Assembly: GCA_029259545.1 (NCBI GenBank)
Contig: JAPHEE010000003.1
Span: 10,049 to 74,048, forward strand
Length of the DNA: 64,000 nt
From: Candidatus Alkanophaga volatiphilum
Lineage (GTDB): Archaea > Halobacteriota > Syntropharchaeia > Alkanophagales > B39-G2
Reading direction: 5' to 3'
Part shown: in pieces, positions 1 to 7,539 of the stretch
How the letters are laid out: every line of letters starts with the position of its first letter
Position numbering within the stretch: the first letter of the stretch is position 1
The notes under the pieces: model-generated
Seen by the model: the letters and a program-made list of their open reading frames with translations, nothing else
What the model was told of the DNA's origin: nothing
Databases searched by the model: none
Translations under genes and position numbers: made by a program

Positions 1-153
1 CGGCGTCGCGTAAAGTCCCTCAACCTCGTCCTTCGCCACCCCCGCATCCTCAAGCGCCAACCTTATAACCTCAAGTGCAAGCTCGCTCTCAGTATTCCTT
101 GGATACTTCCCAATACCCAACGCCCCATATCCAATAATTGCGACTTTGTTCAT
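1..153 (-). CDS. acetyl-CoA C-acetyltransferase (thiolase) N-terminal part; gene continues past window start
   Basis: revcomp of 1-153 translates MNKVAIIGYGALGIGKYPRNTESELALEVIRLALEDAGV..., a typical archaeal thiolase N-terminus; start codon at 151-153. Confidence 0.55.
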   Translation of the reverse strand, partial: MNKVAIIGYGALGIGKYPRNTESELALEVIRLALEDAGVAKDEVEGLYATP

Positions 154-235
154 CAACTACTCCTTTTGCCTCTCATTTTAGCCTTCCATTTTGAAACCGA
201 ACAGGTTCTTAAACCCCCCTTACCAATCCTTTAGC

Positions 236-1270
236 ATGATAAAGGCGGCAGTCATCGGCGCCTCCGGCTATATCGGCATGGAGCTTGTCCGCCTCTTGCT
301 CATGCATCCCGACGCCGAGCTCGTGGCGGTGACCTCAAGACGCTTTAAAGGTTTGCGGGTCGGCGACGTGCTTCCACACCTTCAAGGCTTCACCGACCTC
401 AGATTCGAGGACGTGGACGTCACTGATATCTCAAAGCGGGCGGACATAGTCTTCACGGCGGTACCGCACGGCGCCGCAATGAATTACGTGCCAAAAATTC
501 TGGAAAACGCAAAAGTCGTGGATTTGAGCGCAGATTACCGGCTCGATCCGCAGGAATATGAGAGGATATACAAGAAGAAGCACGAGGATCCAAGAACTGC
601 AGTTTATGGGCTCACGGAGCTTCACGCCGCCGAGATAAAAGAGGCGAGGCTCGTCGCAAACCCCGGTTGCTACCCGACAGGCGCTGTCCTCGCAGTTGCT
701 CCACTGGTTGCGGAAGGTGTCGTCGCTCACATCGTCTTCGACTCGAAATCTGGAATCTCGGGGGGCGGCGCTGAGCCCTCAGAACGCTCGCACTTTCCAA
801 ACCTCGCCGAAAACATCATTCCCTACAACATAACAAAACACAGGCATGTCGCCGAGATAAGAATGGAGCTGGCACGCCTCGCAGGAACTCCCGCCACGAC
901 GCCGAAGGTGAGCTTCACGCCACACGTCATCCCCTGCATTCGCGGCATTCTGACGACGGCGCACGTGCTCCTACGTGATGACGCGAGCGTACCCACGCCG
1001 GAGCAGCTTAAGGGTCTCTACGAGCGCTTTTATGAGGACAAGCCGTTCATAAGGATCCTTGGCGAGAGGACACCGTCGCTGAGCTATGTTCGTGGCACGA
1101 ACTTCTGCGACATCGGCTTCTGGGTGGACGAAGATGCAAAACGCATCGTCGTGGTCTCGGCGATCGATAACCTTGTGAAGGGCGGCGCCGGACAGGCAGT
1201 TCAGAACATGAACCTGATGTTCGGGCTCGCTGAGACCACCGGGCTGCTCACGCCAAGCTTGACACCATAA
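236..1270 (+). CDS. argC: N-acetyl-gamma-glutamyl-phosphate reductase / LysW-aminoadipate semialdehyde reductase (ArgC/LysY family)
   Basis: MIKAAVIGASGYIGMELVRLL Rossmann N-terminus, PGCYPTG active-site Cys motif; start moved to the internal Met of ORF 191-1270. Confidence 0.8.
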   Translation: MIKAAVIGASGYIGMELVRLLLMHPDAELVAVTSRRFKGLRVGDVLPHLQGFTDLRFEDVDVTDISKRADIVFTAVPHGAAMNYVPKILENAKVVDLSADYRLDPQEYERIYKKKHEDPRTAVYGLTELHAAEIKEARLVANPGCYPTGAVLAVAPLVAEGVVAHIVFDSKSGISGGGAEPSERSHFPNLAENIIPYNITKHRHVAEIRMELARLAGTPATTPKVSFTPHVIPCIRGILTTAHVLLRDDASVPTPEQLKGLYERFYEDKPFIRILGERTPSLSYVRGTNFCDIGFWVDEDAKRIVVVSAIDNLVKGGAGQAVQNMNLMFGLAETTGLLTPSLTP

Positions 1271-1331
1271 TAACGACAGCGGGCGGAAACGAAACATTTA
1301 AAGTCAAATATGACATGACGTTTAGTAGAAC

Positions 1332-2249
1332 ATGGAGCTGAAAGAGGTTCAAGCAATAGACACTATGTGTAGAGCTTACTACTGTGACCCTGAAGTTGCA
1401 AAAGAAGTGTTCAGGCACTATGAGTTTCAGATAATGGGAATAACAACTTTTGGCGGCGTGATGCGGAAACTTGGCATAAAGGAGCCAAGCGAGCTTTGGA
1501 GAGTCCTTGCAGACCTTGGAAAAGGCTCCGTCGAAGCTATGCTGCAGGAAATGGGTGAAATAGGTGTGGAATGTGTCTTCATGGATCAGATGATAATCTG
1601 GTCGGTGCGGGAGCACACTGAGATGTGTCATCTCTCGCTCGATTATCTTGCAAAACTCATAGACAGGGCGGACGGCAGGATAGTCGGCGGCGCCGGTTAC
1701 AACCCCTTTAAAATAAAAGAGAGTCTTAAGGAAATAGAGACCGCGGTCCGCGATTACGGCTTCAAATATGTGTGGTTCCACCCGATAAGCTTCGGGCTCA
1801 GACCGAACGACAAGAAGTGCTATCCGCTGTATGCGAAATGTCTCGAGCTCGAAATCCCCGTGTGCATGCAAGTAGGACATTCTGCAGAGCCGCTGCCAAG
1901 CGAGCCCGGACACCCGATGTATGTGGATGAAGTCGCAATCGACTTCCCTGACTTGAAAATCGTGCTGACGCACACCGGCTGGCCTTGGGTGGACGAGTGG
2001 ATTTCGATGCTTTGGAGGCATCCAAATGTCTACGGGAACATCGGCGCCTATTATCCGAGCGACGTTGCGAGGCGAATGCCGCAAATCATTGATTTCATGG
2101 ATCGTCGCGGTCGTGATAAAGTGCTGTGGGCGACGAACGGCTTTGGACTGACACGCTGTAAAAAGGAATTTTTAGAGCTGCCGCTTAAAGATGAAACGAA
2201 GAAGAAGGTCTTAAGGGAAAATGCGATAAAGGTGTTTAAGCTCCGATGA
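1332..2249 (+). CDS. amidohydrolase-2 family TIM-barrel metal-dependent hydrolase
   Basis: 305-aa ORF with LTHTGWPWVDE...YGNIGAY C-terminal amidohydrolase_2-like signature. Confidence 0.55.
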   Translation: MELKEVQAIDTMCRAYYCDPEVAKEVFRHYEFQIMGITTFGGVMRKLGIKEPSELWRVLADLGKGSVEAMLQEMGEIGVECVFMDQMIIWSVREHTEMCHLSLDYLAKLIDRADGRIVGGAGYNPFKIKESLKEIETAVRDYGFKYVWFHPISFGLRPNDKKCYPLYAKCLELEIPVCMQVGHSAEPLPSEPGHPMYVDEVAIDFPDLKIVLTHTGWPWVDEWISMLWRHPNVYGNIGAYYPSDVARRMPQIIDFMDRRGRDKVLWATNGFGLTRCKKEFLELPLKDETKKKVLRENAIKVFKLR

Positions 2250-2554
2250 AGCGGTTTAAACTCGTACTAAAAGCGGAGCATGGCAAGTGCGTGGAGACCG
2301 TCGCAAAGCATGAGTACTGGCGAGCGGTTGATGAGTACATGCGGCTTGAGGACTATGACGACGCCAACGAGCTTGAGCTGAAAATAGAGCTGTTGCGCAG
2401 GTTCTTGGAAGAAACGGATGTCCGCAAGTACAGGGCGGAGCTTGAGGAGCTTCAAGCCGAGGGGAAGGACGCATTTTTAACTCTCGAGCTGGACGAGAAC
2501 GGCGGAGTGCACGTGCAGATTGAAGTGCAAGAAAACCAGATTGAGGAGAAATGA
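2246..2554 (+). CDS. hypothetical protein (acidic, coiled-coil-like)
   Basis: ORF overlapping upstream stop by 4 nt (ATGA), operon-like arrangement. Confidence 0.4.
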   Translation: MKRFKLVLKAEHGKCVETVAKHEYWRAVDEYMRLEDYDDANELELKIELLRRFLEETDVRKYRAELEELQAEGKDAFLTLELDENGGVHVQIEVQENQIEEK

Positions 2555-2970
2555 GAATTTGTGTGCCGACACTTGGAGAAAAAGGGCTTGAAGATGAAGT
2601 ATTTTGGAATTTCGGACTCTCGCCAACGTTCACGTTCGTCGAGCTGGATAGCGGCGATGTCTCAGTCGTTCAAGGCTTCAAAGATGGCTGCGACGGCAGC
2701 AGGATAACTTCTGAAATCATAATGAACAGCGACGTCAGCGTGGTCGTCTGCAGTGGCATAAGCGCGTTCGCCGCCGAGCGTCTCATGAAGTTTGGGATCT
2801 CTGTTTACATCGGCGCAAAGGGTAAAGTCAGAGATGCAGTGGAGGCGTTCAAGGCAGGGCGGCTGCTGAAACTTGAAAAAGCGGCATGCGTGCACGCGAC
2901 CGCTCATGACGAATGCGCAGCCCGGCGGCAAGAGGAGCACGCTTGTTTCGAAAAATGGCGCTCAAAATAA
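2551..2970 (+). CDS. NifB/NifX-like dinitrogenase FeMo-cofactor-binding domain protein
   Basis: 139 aa, DGCDGSR...VVVCSGISAFAAERL...GISVY motif typical of the NifX/NafY/NifB C-terminal domain family; start overlaps upstream stop. Confidence 0.55.
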   Translation: MRICVPTLGEKGLEDEVFWNFGLSPTFTFVELDSGDVSVVQGFKDGCDGSRITSEIIMNSDVSVVVCSGISAFAAERLMKFGISVYIGAKGKVRDAVEAFKAGRLLKLEKAACVHATAHDECAARRQEEHACFEKWRSK

Positions 2971-3800
2971 CGACGCTCTGCGACAACGTCGCCGCAGTCC
3001 GTGAGGGCATACTCGCGGAACATGGCTTCTCCGCCCTAGTTGAGACTGACGACGTTAAAATTCTCTTCGACACAGGTCAAAGCATTTCGGTCGTTAACAA
3101 TGCGGACGTTTTAGGCATCTCTCTGGATGTTGACGCCGTCGTGCTGAGCCACGGGCATTACGATCACACCGGCGGGCTTCTCCACGTGCTGCGGCGTCTC
3201 AGCAAGGGCGGCATAAGGAAGACGAGGGTTTTAGCGCACCCCGACATCTTCCAGAGGAAATATGTGGTCCGGGAGGGTAAGAAGCGATATGTTGGCATCC
3301 CTTATGCTAGGGATAAACTTGAGAGCTTCGGAGCTCGCTTCGAGCTTCAAGCGAGTGCTGTGCGGTTGGCGTCGAACGTCATGACCACAGGCGAGATAAA
3401 GAGGAGAGTGAACTTTGAGAAGGTGGATAAAAGCCTTTACGTGTGGGATTCAGGCTTGAGGCGAGACGAAGTACTAGATGATCAAGCCTTAGTGATAGAT
3501 CTTGACGAACGAGGGATTTTTGTGGTGCTGGGCTGTGCGCACGCAGGCATGATAAACACGCTGGAGCATGCTCTCGAGCTCACTGGCGCTTCCAAGATAT
3601 ACGGCGTCATCGGCGGCACACATCTCCTCGGAGCTGGCGAGCGTAGGATAAATGAGACGTTACGGTGGCTGAAGCGGCACGATGTCTCGCTGGTCGGCGT
3701 TTCACATTGCACTGGCGTGCGCGTCGCCTTGAAGTTTGCAGAGGTGCTTAAGGAGAAGTTTTTCTTCAATGCTGCAGGCACCACTTTATCCGTAGAGTAG
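2955..3800 (+). CDS. MBL-fold metallo-hydrolase
   Basis: HGHYDHTGG metal-binding motif; start moved to internal MALKITT of ORF 2913-3800. Confidence 0.7.
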   Translation: MALKITTLCDNVAAVREGILAEHGFSALVETDDVKILFDTGQSISVVNNADVLGISLDVDAVVLSHGHYDHTGGLLHVLRRLSKGGIRKTRVLAHPDIFQRKYVVREGKKRYVGIPYARDKLESFGARFELQASAVRLASNVMTTGEIKRRVNFEKVDKSLYVWDSGLRRDEVLDDQALVIDLDERGIFVVLGCAHAGMINTLEHALELTGASKIYGVIGGTHLLGAGERRINETLRWLKRHDVSLVGVSHCTGVRVALKFAEVLKEKFFFNAAGTTLSVE

Positions 3801-3827
3801 AAAAGCAAGCAGGATCAACCCAGAAAT

Positions 3828-4361
3828 ATGCAGGTGAGCAAGCGTGTTGGCAGCTCCACTTTAGAGCTTATGGAAGGAGACATCACCGAACTCGACACCG
3901 ACGCTATCGTCAACGCTGCAAATTCTTCACTGAAGATGGGTAGCGGCGTCGCTGGAGCGATCCTCAGGAAGGGCGGCTATGAAATCCAAGAGGAATGTGA
4001 CCGCATTGGATATTGTCCGGTCGGCGGTGCCGTGATAACGACCGGTGGAAAGCTCAAAGCGAAGTATGTAATACATGCCGTCGGTCCCAGATGGGGCGAG
4101 GGCGACGAGGACGAAAAGCTGAAAAATGCGACGCTGAATTCCTTAAAGCTCGCAGATGAGCGAGGGCTAAAAAGCATCGCTTTGCCAGCGATAAGCACAG
4201 GCATATTTGGTTTCCCGATGGACAGGGCGGCGAGGATCATGCTATCTACAGCCATCGAGTATCTAAAGGGCGAAACACAGCTCGAACGGGTAGTGTTCTG
4301 CCTTTATGGTAAGGAAGCTTTTGAAACGTTCAGGAAGACGCTCGAGGAGTTGCTACCTTAG
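3828..4361 (+). CDS. macro-domain protein (O-acetyl-ADP-ribose deacetylase-like)
   Basis: IVNAANSSLKMGSGVAGAI ... VIHAVGPRW macro-domain motifs. Confidence 0.75.
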   Translation: MQVSKRVGSSTLELMEGDITELDTDAIVNAANSSLKMGSGVAGAILRKGGYEIQEECDRIGYCPVGGAVITTGGKLKAKYVIHAVGPRWGEGDEDEKLKNATLNSLKLADERGLKSIALPAISTGIFGFPMDRAARIMLSTAIEYLKGETQLERVVFCLYGKEAFETFRKTLEELLP

Positions 4362-4370
4362 CTCAAAGCG

Positions 4371-4409
4371 TTTAAGAATATTGTTGCTGCTAATCCCATT
4401 CAAAGGTGC
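4371..4409 (+). promoter_or_regulatory. TATA-like promoter motif TTTAAGAATATTGTTGCTGCTAAT...TTCAAAGGTGC (copy 1 of 2)
   Basis: 24-nt exact match with 34248-34271 plus shared downstream TTCAAAGGTGC; AT-rich TATA-like core followed by a GC-rich structured segment. Confidence 0.35.
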
Positions 4410-4476
4410 CGTAGCCGCACTGAGGGATGCCCCTCAGTGAGGGAGAAGTCACTGCCTCCCTAAATACCACTACGGC
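4408..4476 (+). ncRNA. candidate small structured RNA (unknown class)
   Basis: perfect 7-bp closing helix GCCGTAG/CTACGGC enclosing two hairpins (CTGAGGG-ATGC-CCCTCAG and AGGGAG-loop-CTCCCT); no ORF; about 25 nt downstream of the TATA-like motif. Confidence 0.25.
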
Positions 4477-4509
4477 AGTTTCGACGTCGCAGCTCGCTAG
4501 CGCCTCGAT

Positions 4510-4638
4510 TCAAGTACGAGAGACGTTTTCGCTGCCGCACTGCGGGCAGCGTACTGGGAACTTCTCGGGATTCTCTTGGAAGACATAGCCGCACTCGCAA
4601 ATGAAAAACACCTTGTCCTCTTCAGGCTCGAAGCTCAT
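4510..4638 (-). CDS. small zinc-ribbon protein (42 aa; C-x-C...C-x2-C)
   Basis: hand-translated MSFEPEEDKVFFICECGYVFQENPEKFPVRCPQCGSENVSRT; below the ORF-track length cutoff. Confidence 0.4.
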   Translation of the reverse strand: MSFEPEEDKVFFICECGYVFQENPEKFPVRCPQCGSENVSRT

Positions 4639-4642
4639 CTTC

Positions 4643-5473
4643 TCACCCCGCAATAGTTACGTTATGCACGACGAGCATGAAGTTGAAAGGCGATGAGCTG
4701 GAAAAATTCACAAAACGCTTAGAAGGGGGAGGCGGGGAGAAAAGTTTGCCGTTGAAGCTGGCATTGACTTCCTCCAAATAATATATCCAAGCTGAGGAAT
4801 ACTTGCCCCCAACGGAAATATTGACGTAGCTGACTTGCGTGTGGGCTACGACTTCAGTTGCATCCGCCTCGTCGGGATACGGTGTTATCGTCAGCTCGGC
4901 AACGCCGCCGCCTGCCGAGAAGGCGCCTGAGACGTTGATTATGGAGATATACAGATATTTGCTGCCATTGACGTTAAGAGAGGTGATTTTAGGCTTTGAA
5001 ACTATAATGCTGCTTGGGAAAGCTTCGACGACGGCGCCGTTCTCATAAACAATTTCATGGCCGCCAAGGAAGAACACAAGGCTTTGATAAGTAAAGTTTT
5101 CGCTGTACGTGCTGCCACTATCACTCCAAGAAATTTTCATCCAGCTTCCATCAGAGAGGAAGAGCGAGCCTTTACTCACCTTAACCTTAATCGTGCGGGA
5201 TGGAGATTGCCCGAGAGCCACTTTTTCGATGTTACTTTGGATATTAAAAAAGACGGTTTCCATGCTCTGGAAGACGGATTCCTCCTGCGTCTTTTTGATG
5301 AGAGGCACGCCGCCGACGTAGACCACAGCAACAACGGTCATGACCACCGAAAACATAAGGATATACCCAATAACTTCAGAAACTCCTCTTTTGTCAGACA
5401 ATATATTGAGGCGTGTTTCCAAATGAGACACTATGCCGCCGCGGGCTTCAGCGTTCCTTATCTTGAGTTTCAC
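4643..5473 (-). CDS. prepilin-like protein with archaeal class III signal peptide
   Basis: KRG|VSEVIGYILMFSVVMTVVAVVYV: basic residues, Gly, then a hydrophobic helix with Glu at +3. Confidence 0.55.
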   Translation of the reverse strand: MKLKIRNAEARGGIVSHLETRLNILSDKRGVSEVIGYILMFSVVMTVVAVVYVGGVPLIKKTQEESVFQSMETVFFNIQSNIEKVALGQSPSRTIKVKVSKGSLFLSDGSWMKISWSDSGSTYSENFTYQSLVFFLGGHEIVYENGAVVEAFPSSIIVSKPKITSLNVNGSKYLYISIINVSGAFSAGGGVAELTITPYPDEADATEVVAHTQVSYVNISVGGKYSSAWIYYLEEVNASFNGKLFSPPPPSKRFVNFSSSSPFNFMLVVHNVTIAG

Positions 5474-5474
5474 C

Positions 5475-5933
5475 TTACCACCTCCTGAAGCTTAAGGTCA
5501 ACTCTTTAACACCGCCATAGGCGGTTTTGCTTTCAACAGCGGATGCGTTCACCTCAGCGCTCATACCGCTGAGCGTGTAATTCAAGGAAAAACCCTTAAA
5601 AGAATACAACTGGAGCTGATCCGAGGCAGGCGGGATGAGAATGCGGTAATTGCGTCCACCAATCTCCACAGGCAAGCGTTCCGTGACGGTGACGGTGCCA
5701 CCATGCGGCAACGTGAGGATCATCTCCATTATTTCGGTGCTAAAAGCATTCCCTAGATCATTAAACTGTTGTTCAGTTGCCACTTTCGACGGAAAGTCGA
5801 GGAGTGTGTCGTGATAAAGCTGCAAGCTTGCTACGAAGATAATAGCAGCTGTTGCGAATATTATGAATGAAATTGGCGACACCGCCCCGCTTTTCACACT
5901 TCCTTTATTCCAGCGGAATGCTTCTTTCGACAT
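5475..5933 (-). CDS. prepilin-like protein (class III signal peptide)
   Basis: N-terminus KSG|AVSPISFIIFATAAIIFVA. Confidence 0.5.
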   Translation of the reverse strand: MSKEAFRWNKGSVKSGAVSPISFIIFATAAIIFVASLQLYHDTLLDFPSKVATEQQFNDLGNAFSTEIMEMILTLPHGGTVTVTERLPVEIGGRNYRILIPPASDQLQLYSFKGFSLNYTLSGMSAEVNASAVESKTAYGGVKELTLSFRRW

Positions 5934-6324
5934 ACACGCCCAGCGTAAAGTTTACTTTCTCATTTGACAGGAAAATGCGAATGTTTGCACTCCTCTCGTC
6001 CCTTTTTACCACGCTTATGTTCACGATAAAACCATGAGCGGCATATATTTCCGAGACGTTCTCGGCATACCACGCCATCAAGTCGTCGAACGCGCTCTCG
6101 TTTTTAACAAGCTTTGCGACCCTCACGGTCTCCTCATAAAGCTCGTTCATCTCGTAGCTGGGAAATCGAGCCTCCACCTGCGAAATACGGTGACCTGCGG
6201 AGAGTGCTTGGTTCAAAAGCAGTACCACCACGAGCAGCCCGAGCGCGAGGATCAGCCCTGAAAGGACGATCCATTGCCCTTTACGTGCCACGTCGCCCCC
6301 CGCAACGCCGCTCAGATCTGCCAT
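5905..6324 (-). CDS. prepilin-like protein (class III signal peptide, KGQ motif)
   Basis: RKGQ|WIVLSGLILALGLLVVVLLL. Confidence 0.6.
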   Translation of the reverse strand: MADLSGVAGGDVARKGQWIVLSGLILALGLLVVVLLLNQALSAGHRISQVEARFPSYEMNELYEETVRVAKLVKNESAFDDLMAWYAENVSEIYAAHGFIVNISVVKRDERSANIRIFLSNEKVNFTLGVYVERSIPLE

Positions 6325-6848
6325 ACCGTCAACCTCACCTCGTAAACCTCAGGAACGCTTCCATTAAGCACGGTGACGAGCTTCCACGCAGAAATGGCGT
6401 TAGCAGGTGGCTCGTCAAAGCCGAAACAGCTGCTGGCATTGATGCATTTGAGCTTCAAGGGATCGAGTTTTAGGATTTCAGCTTTACAAAATACGCCTCT
6501 GTCGTTAAGGTTTGTCCGTAACCATTGTTCTGTGATGTTTTTGGCGCCGTCCCAATGAGAGCCGTTAACCGTTCCATTGACTTGATGATAAAGCCAGCTC
6601 GTGTGATCTTCCCGCTCCATGTCAAGGACATTGAGGAAGTCCTCAGCATAGAGCTTGAGCTGGACGTCCATGGTTTCAGCAAGTTGCATGCTCGTCGTCG
6701 GGACGGAGCGGGCAGCGAATATTACGACCCCTATTACAAGCATCGCTGCCATCAGGGCCTCTATAGTGTGCATTTGACCTTCTTTCGACCCTTCCTTCGA
6801 CTTTTCTACATTCTTGCCTACCATACGTAAACCACAAGCTTCGCGCAT
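6312..6848 (-). CDS. prepilin-like protein (class III signal peptide, EGQ...E+5)
   Basis: KEGQ|MHTIEALMAAMLVIGVVIFA, Glu at +5 as in type IV pilins. Confidence 0.6.
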   Translation of the reverse strand: MREACGLRMVGKNVEKSKEGSKEGQMHTIEALMAAMLVIGVVIFAARSVPTTSMQLAETMDVQLKLYAEDFLNVLDMEREDHTSWLYHQVNGTVNGSHWDGAKNITEQWLRTNLNDRGVFCKAEILKLDPLKLKCINASSCFGFDEPPANAISAWKLVTVLNGSVPEVYEVRLTVWQI

Positions 6849-7468
6849 CTCACATCGCCAAGTCGGGTGCCGGTGTTCGGAGGCGGATCGTCAATAGCGA
6901 CAAGCCGCTCCATCTTCTCGACGTTGATGTTGCCCCCTTCTGGTAGGGGGCTGCCGATTCGCAGTATCGGCGAGCCGTTGAATTCAAAGAGCGAAACATT
7001 GAAGCTATATTCAAGCTCGCTGCCGTCCACCTCGACGAAAAGCCCAAGCTTTCGGTGTATGTGCTGTTCTTCTGAGATGTTCGTTTGATTATTCCACCAC
7101 TCCTGTAGCTTCTCTATCTTCTCCCACGAAAGATTGTTGGGGATTATATCCTCGTAGGACGACCAAGTCGGAGCTCTTGATGCAAGCCCCACTCTCTTAA
7201 CGTTGCCTAAAACCGAGCTCACTGCTGTCAGGTTGCTGAAATTGAGGTTTTTATGCCATTCTGAAGTTATGAAGCCGCTGACATTGTAAATACCGCCGTC
7301 TTCGACGAGAATCGAGCTTGTTCGGTAAGCAACGGGCTGGAGATCGGAGGCTCTCGTCTGCATGGGCGTGAAGAGGGTCGGCAGGAGCGATACGAGAAGA
7401 ACTAATGTGAGCATAAAAACAGCGATGCCTGCGAGGAAATCCGTGCTCACTTGCGCCTTTTTTGTCAT
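6818..7468 (-). CDS. prepilin-like protein (class III signal peptide)
   Basis: KKAQ|VSTDFLAGIAVFMLTLVLLV. Confidence 0.55.
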   Translation of the reverse strand: MTKKAQVSTDFLAGIAVFMLTLVLLVSLLPTLFTPMQTRASDLQPVAYRTSSILVEDGGIYNVSGFITSEWHKNLNFSNLTAVSSVLGNVKRVGLASRAPTWSSYEDIIPNNLSWEKIEKLQEWWNNQTNISEEQHIHRKLGLFVEVDGSELEYSFNVSLFEFNGSPILRIGSPLPEGGNINVEKMERLVAIDDPPPNTGTRLGDVRCAKLVVYVW

Positions 7469-7539
7469 GTTTTAAAAAGTTGGGAGCCAGAGATAAAAAA
7501 TTGCGGAAAATTGGAAGAAAAATATAAAGGATATGGAAG

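Noticed and set aside
4400-4480. tRNA gene
   Set aside because: Although there is a 7-bp acceptor-like stem, there are only two internal hairpins, no T-loop GTTCRANYC motif, and the spacing is wrong; no canonical tRNA or rRNA signature was recognised anywhere in the window.
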